A stretch of 64,000 bases of DNA from Eutreptiella sp. 'Long Island Sound 2002' (GCA_964036045.1 OZ038378.1:162254001-162318000); one strand, 5' to 3'; numbered from the stretch's first letter, positions 23,276 through 59,516 are shown. Numbers and translations: made by a program. Notes: a model not told the origin generated them from the letters alone.

Positions 23276-23838
23276 CAGGGTTGGGTTGACTCAGTCAAGT
23301 CAGTCACGAGTCACGATTTTTTGACTCAGTCAAGTCAACTCACCAGTCACGCCGCCCCAGTCGACTCAGTCAAGTCACTATGTCGAGTGGTGACTGTGAC
23401 TGAATAGGCACTACGAGTCACTGATCGCCGGTTCGAATCCCACGGTGGCTTGTACCATGGCGCGATCGCTCAGCTTATGGGCGATGGGCGAGCGATTGGT
23501 GCATTGCTGGGATCGGCGGGGATTGAACCTACGAACCTACTTTTAAAGCCAATGTCACCGTACATTACTGCAGAACAATCTTGCGCTTCGAAGCTCATCT
23601 TGTGCTTTTGCATGCTTTGTGGGGTGCCGGCTTCGGAGGGCACCATGCTTTTTTCAAAATTTTCGAAAGAAATTTAGTATGCTCTCATGAGTCAAGCTTT
23701 TGGGGCGACTGAGTCATGACTGAGTCACCAGTCACGATCGCCGATGACTGACTCGAGTCAGTCATCAGTCATCATTTTTTTGACCCAGTCAAGTCTCAGT
23801 CACCACCTGTCGTTTTTGACTCAGTCAACCCAACCCTG
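23276..23838. mobile_element. hAT-like MITE (563 bp) with TIR CAGGGTTGGGTTGACT, many subterminal GACTCAGTCA motifs and two internal tRNA-like fragments
   Basis: 16-bp perfect TIR (23 bp with one mismatch). The 8-bp flanks TGGTCAAC and AGATCAAC match at 6/8, a plausible degenerate TSD. A CAG terminus with an 8-bp TSD is typical of hAT. Confidence 0.8.
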
Positions 23839-26377
23839 AGATCAACGGAGAAATTTTCCATTCCATTCCGCCTAAGGGAAAACCTCGGCAAATGAGACTC
23901 GCGCGCGGGCTCTAGAGTTTTGCAAATTTCTCAAAATTTTTGGCAGATTGAAAGGCGAGGAGCTGGGAACGTGTTTTTCAACTGTTGGTTCACCCGGTGC
24001 ACTGTTTAGATTTACGTCAAATCGATTCCAGGTAGTTGATTTTTGGTCAAACTTTTGGGTGTTCCGGGGTGCTGTTTTTGGTGCTTACCTCAGCAAATGA
24101 GACTGAGTGTCAAAACCGCCTGTTCAACAACTTTGTACCGCTGTTTCGTTTTTCAGTGAAGTTTGTTGCTTTAGAGGCCTATGAGGTTGGTCTAGTGGTA
24201 AAGGGTCCTAGCACTATCCTTAGCCTTTGTTCCTTGTTTGTTTGGGTGGGGGGAGTTTACGCCGAAAACAATCTTTGTCATGCAAGTTAGGTGTGTTAGC
24301 ATTGCTCATTTAGGGTCTCCGGCCATTTTCTAGTGACAAGGAGAGTAATGGTGCGTTACGATGGTGTTCTTAGGTGTATGATCACCAAGTGCAGTGGTTT
24401 TTTGGAACAGAAGTGCCTTGAAGGCAGTGGAGAGTTGACACCACACTTTGGTGACACTTTGGCCCACTTTAGGCGCACTTTTGCGCTGCCATACACTACC
24501 TCAAAAACAGCCACCCACACAACCCCCAACCACTAGAAGGTAATGTCTAGCTGCCCTGACACAGCTTTAGGTTTCACACTTTGTTGAGGAAGGAAAGGGC
24601 TTTCAAATACAAAAGGAACCAACCTAAAACTCACCCTTACACCCAAGATATGACTCTTCTACCTTGGTGGTACTTTGGTGGTGCACTTGTGAACACTGTT
24701 CCCAAAAGTGTCTTTTTTCTACCCCTCTAAGACAAAACACTTATGTGGCCATGTTTTGGCCCATAGCGGATATTGGTTGTTGTGTTGGTCATAAAAAGGG
24801 CTTTCAAACAGAAAGAAACTTCTCCCAAAACTCACCACTAAGACTTAGTTATGGCTCCTACACTTTACGGCCCTCCCTTACATGTCATGTCCCAATGGTG
24901 CTCATTTGTTACAATGAGCCAACTAATGGGACATGTTTGCTTGTCCGACCGGTTTCCGAGCCATCCATTGGTCGCCGACATGTCGGCTGTGTGTTCGTAA
25001 TGTTTGTAGTGGTGCTGGCTTCGGCCGGCACCCCTTTTTTTTTTAAAATTTTCGTTCCGGGGGGACAAATCTATATTGCATAATTCCGCCCGTCGCAGCA
25101 GGCGTCACCAGTATAGTTGGGTAACGCAGCTTCCCCCATGGGAAGTGACGCCGTCAGATCCCTGGTTCGCTCCCCTGTCCCTCCGATTTTGCACGTGGGG
25201 GGAGCTGGCGCAGCCAAATCGCAGCGCGCGCCGCCGCATTTTTTCCGCGCGCCAGTCTCACTAGTGAGGTAGTCTCAGGCCTAGTCTCACGGGCACTGTC
25301 TCAGGGGCGAGGTTTTCCCTTAAGAGTTCGGGTCTCAAGCTCACCGTAGCAACTTTCGGAGGTGCTTTTCGAGCCGTATAGCCAAAACGGCGGCCGGGTA
25401 GTTTGAGTCCGCGAAAAGCAGGGTTTCGGTACCCCCGAGGCAGGTTTCGGACAAGCTGATCAGTGAGTGCTGTGCAACTTTCGGGCTCTACCGCCGGTCT
25501 GTATGCCTCCATTGCGGGACCACTGGGTGCACAAACCCACTAGGGGTGACATTATACGAATCGAGTGAGGTTGCACAAATACTATAAGTGTTATAGGTTT
25601 TCTGACAGCCCTCAACAATCCAAACCAATGTGCGATGTCAACTGCATTTTTTTAATCATATGGATTGAACGATTTTGACTCTGTGTCGTGCTGTGCCATG
25701 TGCAACGGCCAATATAGGCCAAATGTGCCACAACACGGTCGATACATACTTTTATCCTATGTTTTTGGCCATGGGATGTCGCTATGTGTGGTACCACGAA
25801 TTGGGGTTTGGCACGTGCCTTGACAGACGCCGAACGTGTCGAGTATCAGGTCGAAAAAGTGTCAGATCCAAAAGGCCTACGCGTGTGTTCTTGTCCCGAC
25901 TACGGAGAAGGCATCCGAAAGGCCAAAAAGCTATGTCAAGAGCATGGATTAGGGCCTGCCGTTTGGCTCGGGACTTGGGACACACAGAACTTTAGCGGGA
26001 AATTTTGGAAAAATTTTCCCGGCCACACGTTGCACACTTGTGTGGGCACAAAGGTTTTTTGGAACCTCCATGGGTATCCCTAGGAAAAGCAAGCAAGTGC
26101 CCACACAAGCACATAGCGTCACTCGCAACACAAGGGCGGTGGGGTTGTGATTGGCGGCTCTGCAACGTGAGATCCAACTTGTGGATACGGAACAAGGCTC
26201 AGTGCAGTGCAATGCAATGCACTGCCCTTGCCTTCCTTGCCCCCCCTGTCGTGCCTCGGGAAATTGTGTGCATTTTGTCCTTGCTCTAGACTTGCTTTTG
26301 ATTATGCGACCAATGGATCTTCCCCACAATTGAGTTGTTGCTCGCTTCGTGCCTTTGTGATCTTGAGAGGAAGACAA

Positions 26378-26408
<31 letters not shown>

Positions 26409-26872
26409 TACATCCGCTCTTTGATTTTGATTGTGCTTTCTTGCGCGTGAATTCCCCGAGTTGTTGCCGATGGTACACACAACCTTTTGAAAGAATTGCC
26501 ATTGGCTGAGGGTTAAAGATGCAACTTGACCTTCCTTCATGCATGGTTTTACATGGAATTGCCACCTTGCGTTGCAACGACGAGTGGGGAATGTGCAAGT
26601 GATTGGACCACCCGTGCTGTCCGGGCGGATGAGGAAAGGTCACAGTACGTTGTGACGCGGTGAAGCGATTGGTTTTGATTTTTCAGTTAATTGACCCTTT
26701 CGGCTCACGCGGAACGCGGGAGGCTGATGATGTGGGCTCCCACATACCTATGGTGACGGGACACCTTGGGCTCGGTCGAGGCCATCAAATGCGATGCAAA
26801 AGGCAAAGTCGGCTTTGTCTCATTTGTGTTGGGGTAGTTAGTGGCATGGTTGTTTCTTTGTAGGCTTCCAAA

Positions 26873-49104
<22,232 letters not shown>

Positions 49105-52100
49105 GAGCAGCTCGTCTGATGCAAAGGTTCCCAGCCATGGCACAACACGTTGGTGACCCATATCATCATCAAAAGAGCACAATCCAATTTCGAATTGAAC
49201 GCTACATCTGTTGGCTGTAGCTTGCAGTGGGAGACTGAAGAAGTGGTGCTGCACACAGTTTGTCATTTGTAACTATGCACTGTGTCTATTCCTTGCCTGT
49301 CTTGTTAGTTGCTTTTGGTTGTTTGTCCCATTATTTGTTGGGCCATTGTGGCCAGTGGAGGCACGAGGACAACTGGGCATATTGCCCTGGTGGCTGTGAT
49401 TGGCATGCTCCGCTAGTGTTGTGTCCAGGTGCTTTCCCATTTGGTGCACAGCGTCCCATGCTTTCTGGAGTGGACACTGAGCAAGGCAGGGCCTCTTCTG
49501 CATTTGGCTAATGTTCCCTGGGGCTGCCAATGCAAGGGCCAGTGTCTTGCTTGATGTGCCCCATTAGTATTTTGGGATGGTGCTATCCCATGTGCCATGG
49601 ACCCTCTAGCTGGAGATGCCAACCAGGGCGGTGCCTTCTCTGCACACCTGCCTTTCTGCTAATAAGCACAATCTACCAAATGAGACCCCCAGCATGCATT
49701 GCAGGGATTGTTAGTATGTTTTGTTCGTCTCATTTCTGTCCACTGTATCCATCTTCTGCTGTTGATCACTCTTTGTTTCTCTGCTGTTGTGCCCACACCG
49801 TAGTGCCCCAATACATTTTTTTTTTAAATGGGGTCATCATGATTCCCATGTCAGCCTTCGTTGTCTCTTATTTTGGCTGCTATGCAAGGAGTGTCAGTCT
49901 CCCTGGATGTTTTGTCTGTTTGTGCTGCCTAGTGAATAAATCTCCTGCCGAGGAGCGTTTGTGTATGACCTGTCATCATTTTGTGGTGCTGCCATGTCTA
50001 TTTGCATGTTGCCGTACCCGAGCATTCGTTAACGTTTTTCGATTTGAATGTATATTTTTTGTTTTGCTTTCATTTGCGCTTGCCCAGAGCTTTGTATTCC
50101 CCTCGCCACTGCATTGTTTTTTGGCTAACGAGGAATGTGGTCTGCTCAGGTGGTTTGTGAGTCAGCACGTAATGTACTATGTGGCCGTTTTCAAAACATC
50201 CCCCAAAAATGGGTGCTAGCGTCCCCTCACAAACCCCCTGCAAGGAGTGCATCACCTGTTTTCATTGGTGATACCCCCCCGTGTTAAAGGGGATGCAACC
50301 CTCACCTTTGTGAGATGCACCCCCCCCCCCCCCCCTTTCTCCTTGAGGGATAGAAACCCAGCTCCACTAAAGCACCAAACCACTTCACCATGCACCCACA
50401 CATGCAACAACAACAGCACAAGACATTAGGGGGCATTCCTCAGTTGGATTGCTGGCATTTGTGGGCAAGAAATATGAAATACATGGCCCTGAAACAGCGA
50501 GGTTTGTGCCCACAATCCACGCTTCGTTTTGGTGTGGTTTCAAGATGGCAGGAGACATGCAGATTGCAGGTAGACAACCGCAATCCATGGTCTTTTTGGC
50601 TGCGGACCCAGGACGGCAGGAGGATATGCAATCACAGTTCTTGTCAGTTATGAGCATTGAGTATGAGACCCCACTGTGAAGTGGGAGCAGTGGAAATGAT
50701 AGGGTACCTTCGGGGAGTGTTGGGGTACCAATGCATTTGGGAAAATGTGTTCAGCTGCCATCTGCCGATGATGCGGCCCAAGTGGCTATCCATTTGGTGG
50801 ACATTTTGTCCACTAGAAAATCACTGCAAAAACTTGAGCCACTTGCAAACAGTTACCTGGCAAAATATCATCGAGATTCAGTGCCCTGTTGAATAGGAAA
50901 TGTAGAGTTTTTTGCTCTGCGAGTGCCATTTGAGCACAATGTTCAAGAAGTCCAATTTCTTATATTGTTGACGCATAGTCATGAAACAATTTCTTAGTTG
51001 CACAACTGGGAGCGGAACACTGTGTTGTTTCTAAACCCCCCCTCCCCAATTTTCGTCAATATTAAGAAACAGTGAGCCGACTGATCGGGACACTGAAAAT
51101 TTAACCAAAATTTGGGGTTTCCAAAATCTACAGGTTGCTTGTGCACATGTGAAATGTCAACGAGCTAAGGATTGTCAGCCACATGTTGATGGGCCTGTTG
51201 AACCATTGCCCAAAAGGAATTGTTCCCCCAAGCAACCATGTTGAAAGACAATTTTCAAGCCCAAGAACACAAATTAATGTGACGTGATATGACCAATGTC
51301 CGATTGTTGATTTGAGAGATGTTTGATTTGTAAAGTTTTACAAAAATTGGTACCTGCCGTCTTTGTTTTGCCACCTCCATTTTCATGGATTTTTGGTTCT
51401 TTGAGTGTGGAATCTTTTTTAGATGTTTTTAGATGTTAGATAAATTTTCACTCTTGCTTGTTTTCTCTTTTGCAACGCGTTGCATTATAGAGCTTTATGG
51501 AGGTCAACCAACAACGGATATTTTTATTTGGCGCTTACAACTTGACCATAGGACATAAAAGTGAGACATCAATGTGACGTAATGTTACATTCTAGTAATC
51601 AATTACATGTAGTTTAGCAAAGTAGTAGGGCTAGAAAGTCAAAAAGCCACCGCAAACCTCGATTTTGTCGAACAAGTTGGAAAGGACTACATTTCGTTTG
51701 CCTCTTCAAGTCCTCTTTATACCATTATACATGGGACACCCCACGAAACCAAAAATACCACCAAAATCACCAAGAGAGCCCCTCAAAATGACTGCCTCGA
51801 AGACCTCATTGACTTGGTACACTCTTTTTTTATGAATTACAGTCGTTTTGAAAAGTTAGCTACTTCATAAGCTTGACATTTTAGCATTCCGCATTTGGTC
51901 ATCGTAGATCAGCTAGGGATGTGATCTGAAGGTGCAATACCAAAATTTTAGGTACCAAATAAGCCACCGACTTCAAATCCTTAGAACTTGTCATGCTAAA
52001 ATGTTTCTTTGACCGCAGAGGCAACAAGTATCTGGCCCAAGGCTCACCCGCACTCCAAAAGGCCTGTCAAGTTGAAAACCAACTACATCCTATGGAATTT

Positions 52101-53137
52101 GATCGGTAGGCCTAATTCATAAATTGTTTTGATTGGCAAACAATGGCACACACACACTTTATGGGGTTCCATTTGTTTTTTTATAAATTTTTGAGCTATG
52201 ATCTATAATTTCCCGACCCTCGGCGATCCATGCCATTTTTGAGCGCAACAAAAACAAACAAACAAATCAAGATTAGCTTTTGGTTCATCGAAATCATGCA
52301 CAGAAGGCTGAAGTTATGAAACCTTCAGTGTGCTCCTCTTTGATGGTTTGTAACTACTTTTGCCTCATCCAACCACCTATCTCTTGCTCAAATGCACAAC
52401 ATACAAAGCATTGGAGCAAATATTGGCATTGTTCTTAGATAAGATGGACTACTTTTTAACTCGCTTGCTATCGCTAGCCCCCATTTGCCATGTCGACAAT
52501 GCGCGCAACGTAGCAACATAATTGTTTGAATGCACCTAGGCTCCCCTTTTCATGGTGCCTAGCACCATGAAAAAAAAAGCCAGACAAAGCACCGCACGTT
52601 CTGTCCCGCAACACTTGGGCATGATATGAGGTTTGGTGTGTTGATTCCACTTCTCTAAACATGTTCATTGCACTTTGCCATCAATAGACGAACAAACGGG
52701 AAACACCATGCAATCTGGCTTCGTCGGCAAGTCAATTATGGTCACTACAGGACAGTCAACAATTTTAGACCATTTTCATTCTAGACACCAAAATTTCGGA
52801 CCCATTTTCCAGCCGAAATTTTGGGTGCAAAACCAGTCCTCCTCGGCCGAAATTACCGGGGGCCCGGAATAAAGTGGTTGTTAAAATCAGCGGCGAAATT
52901 GACGTGGGGTGGATTGCTTTCAAATTGCCTTTTGTGGCTTCAAATCGCCCTATGTGACTTTTAATCGTGTTTGTGTTGTTGTTTTCTATGAAATTTTCTT
53001 ACTGTGATAAAAGGTTCCATTGTTTTATGCAGATGCTCCCATTTTTGTTGAATGGCTAGCGTCAGGAGGGTGCAGAGCATGGGAGCTGCAGACTAGAGGA
53101 CCGTCTGCAGAAAGCAGCAAAGTGTCTCAAAGAGGAG

Positions 53138-53450
53138 GTGGCACTACCGTTCCCAAGGAAGCTGCGACACCAAGGCGAGCGCAATTGGAGGAACTGGTTC
53201 TCTGAAGAGAAAGCTGCAGCCGTGCAGCTTGTGAAAACGGCTGGGTACAACCATTTGGCCTTGAAGCACGGCAAAGACACACCGCGGAAGCAAACAATAT
53301 GGAGCTGGGGACGCCAACTGCGTGAAGCCAGAGAGCATTAGCCTCTGCGCGGAGTGGGCCGACCACAATCACTGGCGGCAATGGAGGATGCCGCCGTTGT
53401 GAAGTACATGAACACCTTGATACCCTGTTTTTTCTTTCATACCGATTACT
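53138..53450 (+). pseudogene. Relic of a helix-turn-helix transposase N-terminus (pogo/Tc1-like)
   Basis: RNWFSEEKAAAVQLVKTAGYNHLALKHG...TIWSWGRQLRE, then after a stop GRPQSLAAMEDAAVVKYM. The pattern resembles pogo-type DNA-binding domains; by eye only. Confidence 0.4.
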
Positions 53451-56400
53451 ATTCTCCGTTTTAAAAAAAAGAATACCACAGTTAGTCTCTGTGCAAGTGT
53501 GCAAGGGTTCAGAGGCAAAGGTACCATTGTTTTTTTCACTGCCGGGGCAAATGAAAAGAAACACATTCATAAAATAAAAGCGTACGTAAAAAAAACATGT
53601 TTGCACTTTACAAAAAAAAATAGGTAAAACAACATGTCTTCACTTTACAAAAAAAACTAAAGGCTGTTGCATTGTAATGCCAAAGGTGGTGGAGTTTAGA
53701 ACATTTTGGCAAAGAAGAAGGAAGCATTGCAAATAGTTGTGAGAAGTAGAGAACATTTTTTGAAACAAATAAAAAGTTTTGAAAAGTTTTAGTAATTTTC
53801 AAAGTATCTGGTAATACTTTTTTGTCCGAAACTGAGCTAAGAGCATTCTGATGTCGTCTCAAAAAAGAAGCCTAGTATGAAGGTTTGGTGACAAAACTGG
53901 CAGTGTGAGGCCTACCTGGTGTGAAATTTTGGTGCTGAAACGGGAAAGAAAGGCAAGGTGCCTAAATTTAAAGCGAATGAAATTGTTGCCTGTCTTGTAA
54001 TGTCAATCACATCTCACTCTGCCTGTCCCCTTCTCTCGTGTAGTCTGCTTGCGGTTGTTATTGTTCATCGAAGACAAAATCTGCCATTTCAACCTCTTCG
54101 AAGCTTTCAACTTTGGACGGCCATGACTTTGGGTGGCTATGTATATGTAACCTAATTTGACTATCGTCATTGACACCTCAAAACTATGCGGCCGTTGGAT
54201 ACATATCCTTTGTTGCCAACATCCCAATGTGGTAAATTATGACTGGCCATCTCCGGCCATGTTTGGGCGTCGTTGAAAAGCGATGTGGGTTTTAGCTATA
54301 TATGTGTAGCCGACTTGGCTTTAGCCCTAGAGCAAAAGATTGGTGTAGATTGTGGCAGCGTAGCCCCTGCTACACTGCGGACATAGCCGAAATTTAAGTC
54401 AATTGTGGCTTTCCACCTGTTGCTGCTCCTAGGACAAACAAAAATTTTACATGGTTTGTACCTATGTACACCATGGTGTCTTTGATCCACACGGACGAAT
54501 TGTGTCGGTGTTGAGTAGGTCCCCGGCTAAAGAAAAAAGCGATGTAAATTGTGTTTGTGATTCTCTTGGAGTCTCGGAGTCGCAATACAAAACGTGTTTT
54601 CTGGCTATGTTCCCCCTCCATACTTTTCTCGTTTCCTCCTTCCAGATTGTGGATGCAGGCTCCGTTTGGTTAGGCTAGTAATTTGATGCTCGTGAATATC
54701 GGAGTATGTGGTGTTAAAGCATGGTAAACTGTAACAGTATGGGTGATTGTTGACAGTGATTTTTGAACTGATTTCTATTATTGAACATTTGGATAAAGAC
54801 ATGATTTAAAAGGATTTTTAGAAAAGATGTTTTTAAGGTTTTTCATGATGGACTGATGGACATGGTGAATGCTACTTAGGCAATTGCATGAAACTGAAAG
54901 TGTCACAAAAAGCTTCATTCTATATCATGTTTGTATTATAGATTGGTGTTTTTCTTTGGAAAACCAAGACTGCTCATTGGAATGCCCAGTAGTTTGGAAG
55001 TCTTCTATCGATTTGCCTGTTGCTCCTGCTCTATTGATTGTCAAAAAGGTTTGAACAATACTTGGGAAATTTTAACATTTGGCTCTTAAATTTCACATTA
55101 ATTGTTGTGTTGAAAATTCCCCTTGTTGAAATTGGTATAGTTTGCGGCAATATCCATGCTTCGTAAAGCAAAAAAAAAGTGATGTCACAAATAAAATTGA
55201 ATCGGAATCGGCAACATTGAAGTTTGTACCAAAATATGCTAGAAACCTTTTGACAACATCAGCTTGAAAAAACCGGTAATGGATTTGCAGCTAAGGTTGC
55301 AATTCGCGAGAGCGGCATATGCTCAGTTGTTCCACAATGTGTGTGTGCAAACGAACCAAGTACACAAAGTTAAGCTTAGACTTTCAAAAATGGTGTGCCC
55401 GCCGAACCGGTGTGTGTCCCTAACTACCAGTAGACAACAACCACACAAAATATGTAGTGATGTATCCCCTGCTATCTTGAAAAAGGGTGTAAACTGTGGA
55501 TATGCATCCCTTGTCATATCCAAAGCTCATGGCCTGTTGTTACTCCACCATTCCGCAATGTGGAATATTCTTCATGCTGTGTGTTCCTACCAATGCATGT
55601 GTAGAGCACAAAAATCTTTGCCGGCCAGTTGTGTGAAAGCGGAAAGCAATAAAAATGGGGCTACAAAAGCGACAAACGGCATGCAAACCAAGCATGCTTT
55701 CTTTCTGCAGTTGGTTTCAATTGATGAATCCAACAATGGTTCGGTCAATTTATTGCAATTTGATCCTCTTTGTGCATTGTAATTTGTCCTTTCTTTGCAA
55801 TGACTTCCTTTCTCTGCATGGCATCACTCTAGCCAGATTTCTAATGACTTGACCGATTTGCAGTGGTATTCAAACTCTGTGTTCATCTTGCCTTCATATC
55901 TTTGCCATATGAGAAACACACCCAAAAATTGTATGAATTTGGGCTTTGTGTCCAAGCGGCCGTGAAATTGAACCCTAATATGGTGTGGATTTTGGCTCCG
56001 CATCCGTTGCTACTTGGAGCAACGCCCAAAATGTGGGTGCATTTTGGTGGTCTAGTTCCATTACAAAGAGGTGTAGTGAAAGATACACCCGGCTTGGGTC
56101 TTGGGATGTCATTATTATGCTTTTGTAAACCAATAGACCATTGCCCATTGGCATCCCCACCCCAAAATCCTGTACCTCGGGCTCACCCCTCTCACCCCAA
56201 TAGGGTATAGAGGGTATCATCGGCTTGGGTATTTGCAGCCGCACCAAAAATCCAAAATGATGATCCAAAGCGGTGATCTAAAGTGGTGACCAAGATAAAA
56301 ACGGAGCCGTAAGCCTCAAGTTGGCAAACACACCCATGTAAATCAACTCGGACTTTGTGTCTGATGACTTGGGCTTTGCACGCGGATTGGTGTTCCGCTT

Positions 56401-57049
56401 GCAAGCCTCACGGAGATCGTGGATATAAAGCTTGTCTCCTTCGGTAGCAATGATGGCTTTTGGATTGTTCTTGTTGTCCTTTTTCTTTAAAAAAAAAGTG
56501 TACGTGGGTTACATCAAATTTTCAAACATGTTTCTTCTTTCGAAATCGGGGGTCTATTGGCAACAGGGGCCATGTTTCTTCATCTGAAGGGGTGGGCCCA
56601 TTGGTATGGCGGGTGGATTGGCAGGGGGTGGGGGGTGACAGGGTGATGTCGATATACCCGCCTTCCAGGGTGGCTCATTGATGCAGCTTCTAACGCGCAA
56701 CGTACTGCATGGATAGGCATGGTGCACAGATAAAAGGGCAGCAAATAGGAAGGGCACAGAGAACCCAGCTACCAATGGCACCACCCACAGCGAGGCATGT
56801 CCGGAATGAAAAGCGAAGTCATACAAAGCATATTGACTGCATATGAGAGAGATCCCGTGACGGCTACCTGAGGCATTCAACAACAGCCATCCATCGCATA
56901 TTATGCGCCACAGCCTTAAGTGCTTTTTAGAAATGATTTTAAGAACTCTTGCTTTTTGCCACGTGGTGCTCAGTTGATGTGCAGCAGGCAATGATTCGCC
57001 AGTTGGGAGTGGCGATCTTTTCCGAGACAAGGGGCAAAGCTTCACCGCA

Positions 57050-57700
57050 AAGTGCCACCGATATGGATGTCCTAGGATGTCAGCTGCATCAAACCAACAC
57101 CCAAATATCCAAAAGCTGTGTTAATTGCGGCTACATGTCCCTTGCCATACCCAAAAATTGTGTAGATTTAGGCTTATCAAAACTACACCCTAAATCTGTG
57201 TGTATTTTGCTATGTATCATCTCATATTGAGGCCACACCCAAAAGCTGGGTAGATTGTGACTGCGCATCCCTTGAGGTGTGAGTGCCGCACCAAAAATCT
57301 ATGTGGATTGTAGCTGGTATCCCCTGATGTGTCAGAGCCCCACCCAAAACTGTGTCAACTCTGGCCACATATCCCTGCTGTGTTGGGCAGACCCAAAATC
57401 TGTGTGGATAGTTGCTTTGTACCCCCTGCCATGTCCCAAAATCACACCCAAAACTGTGCGGATACGGCAGAATAATCTTAGCCACAATCTGCACACTTTT
57501 TAGACGTGGCCCCGATACGGCAGGGGACACTCAATCACAATGCAACCTTTTGTGTGTCGCCCCGAGACAGGAGGGGATGAGAGGCCACAATTGGGGCCAC
57601 ACCAAAATCTGTGTGGATTTTGGCTTTGTATCCCCTGCTGCCTTGGAGCCACACCCAAATTCAGTGTGCATTGTGGCTACATATTCCCTGCCTTTTGGGG
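57050..57700. repeat. Degenerate ~50-55 bp minisatellite (CCACACCCAAAATCTGTGTGGATTGTGGCTACATATCCCTG...)
   Basis: Recurrent CACCCAAAA / TGTGTGGAT / GCTACATA.CCC blocks. Confidence 0.7.
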
Positions 57701-59514
57701 GCCACAGCAAAAAGCGGGGAGAACCCCCCCCCCCCCCGCTGGGTGGGAAAAAACCCTAAAAAGTGGGGAACCACACCCTCCCCTGGGTACCAAAATGGCC
57801 AAAATGCAGGTTGGGGATTTTTACCCCCACTTTTTTTTGGAGGGGCTCTATCCCCACGACTATGAAGATGGCCAAATGCAGTCTGGGATGCAAAAAGCGA
57901 GAAAAAATACACACACAAACTTGGACTGAGTCAGAGTGGGTGCACCCAACCACACCAAATTCTAGATGCCCAGGCATGAAGTAGCCACAACTAACCCACA
58001 CAACTGGACACTTGATCCGTCTTTTGCTGGCATTGCGTCAGAGAAAACACAAATGCAGACAGAAGAACAGACAACAACGCATTCCGGCAGGCAATCAGTC
58101 AAAACAGCACAGTGCAAAGGAGACAAGAAGGCCCAGTTCTCTGTCATTCGCCTCACCACGGATGCTCCATCTGTCTGTGGTCAGGCGGCTGCTTTAGTTG
58201 TGTTTGGGCGGGGTCCCTCCATGCCATTTACGTCGCGTTGTTCGTCTGTCCTCCCAAAACAGCACGTCACAACAGCAGGTCATGTTAGTCTTGGGGTCCT
58301 CTCAAAACGCCTGCAACAAAAGTAGCACCAGATACATAGCAGCCCGAGCCTGCGTTTCATGTGAGTCCGGTGAGCTGCACATAGGCACGCACATCCTCAC
58401 ACTCAGTGGGCCCCATGGGCCGGGCAACGTGCGATGGGATACGACCAGACCGTTATGGGGTCTCACGCAGGTCACATCAAACTGCATCCCACCGCAGACG
58501 AATTGTTGAGCACAAGGGTCTTTACCGCTTTGGCTGGACAGTTACACAGACTTCCGTGGTGAGCCTGGGTGCGTGCATTCCAATTGTCAATGATCCGTGC
58601 TTTCTGGTTTCGGTTGCCAACCATTTCTTGGGGAAAGAAACGAGAAGGTGGTAGGATTCACATCATACATACAAAGATTGACATTGTACATAGCGCAAAA
58701 CTGTGAAGACCCTCAAAACGTGTTTGGTGTGGGTATTCAAGACACGTCTCAAATTTTCTTGCACTGCACGGTCTTGAAAGCAGAACCCCCCAAACACCCT
58801 GCCATACCTTTATTTGCTACTTACAATGGTTGTCGCAGCCGTGCTTGTCATATCATGTCAACAATTGTGTGTACCAAGATAAGAGCGGGCTGCCCAGGTC
58901 CGACTCATCTGCCAAACGCAAGCCAAACTGTTGCTTGCAATTCAACCCCAAAACTCTGGCTTGTGAATGCATCACTACATTTGGTACCGAAATGACAACT
59001 GAATCCCAGTTTATTGTGGTCCGTACACAACCTGTACCCCAGACACACCGTACCTTTACCATAAGTGACACCGGTATCAGATACCCACCGATAGGTCTTT
59101 GCCACATGTCGCACCTAGGACAAGGGGGATGGGGGTGCTGCGCTTCCATCACCCATCCTTTCGCCCTCACTGCCCAGGGTCCCTTTTCCGTAGTGCATCT
59201 GCGATCTTCGAGTCGAAGCCACGAATAGCCAGGCTCCTGGGCCTGGGGTACTTGAAACATCCTTCTGCACCTCTTCCCCACTCCTGGGCCTTCGTACATC
59301 TCCTCCTCATCCCCCCTTTCCCCATATGCAACCAGATCTTCTGGGCCTGCCGGCAGCGGTTCGTGACATCCTTCCAAAGAGCGACCAATTGCCAATACCA
59401 CTATCCCAGCCCATACCGCGCACTCAGACGCCATTGCTCACATATGCTTCAATCCCTGGGGAAAGGTGCCCAGTAATTAGCATGCCCAAAGCATGAAGCA
59501 TCAATTCGCAACTT

Positions 59515-59516
<2 letters not shown>

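Noticed and set aside
23383-23545. Functional tRNA genes
   Set aside because: The T-stems and acceptor stems do not pair and there is no clean anticodon arm. Treated as tRNA-derived fragments.
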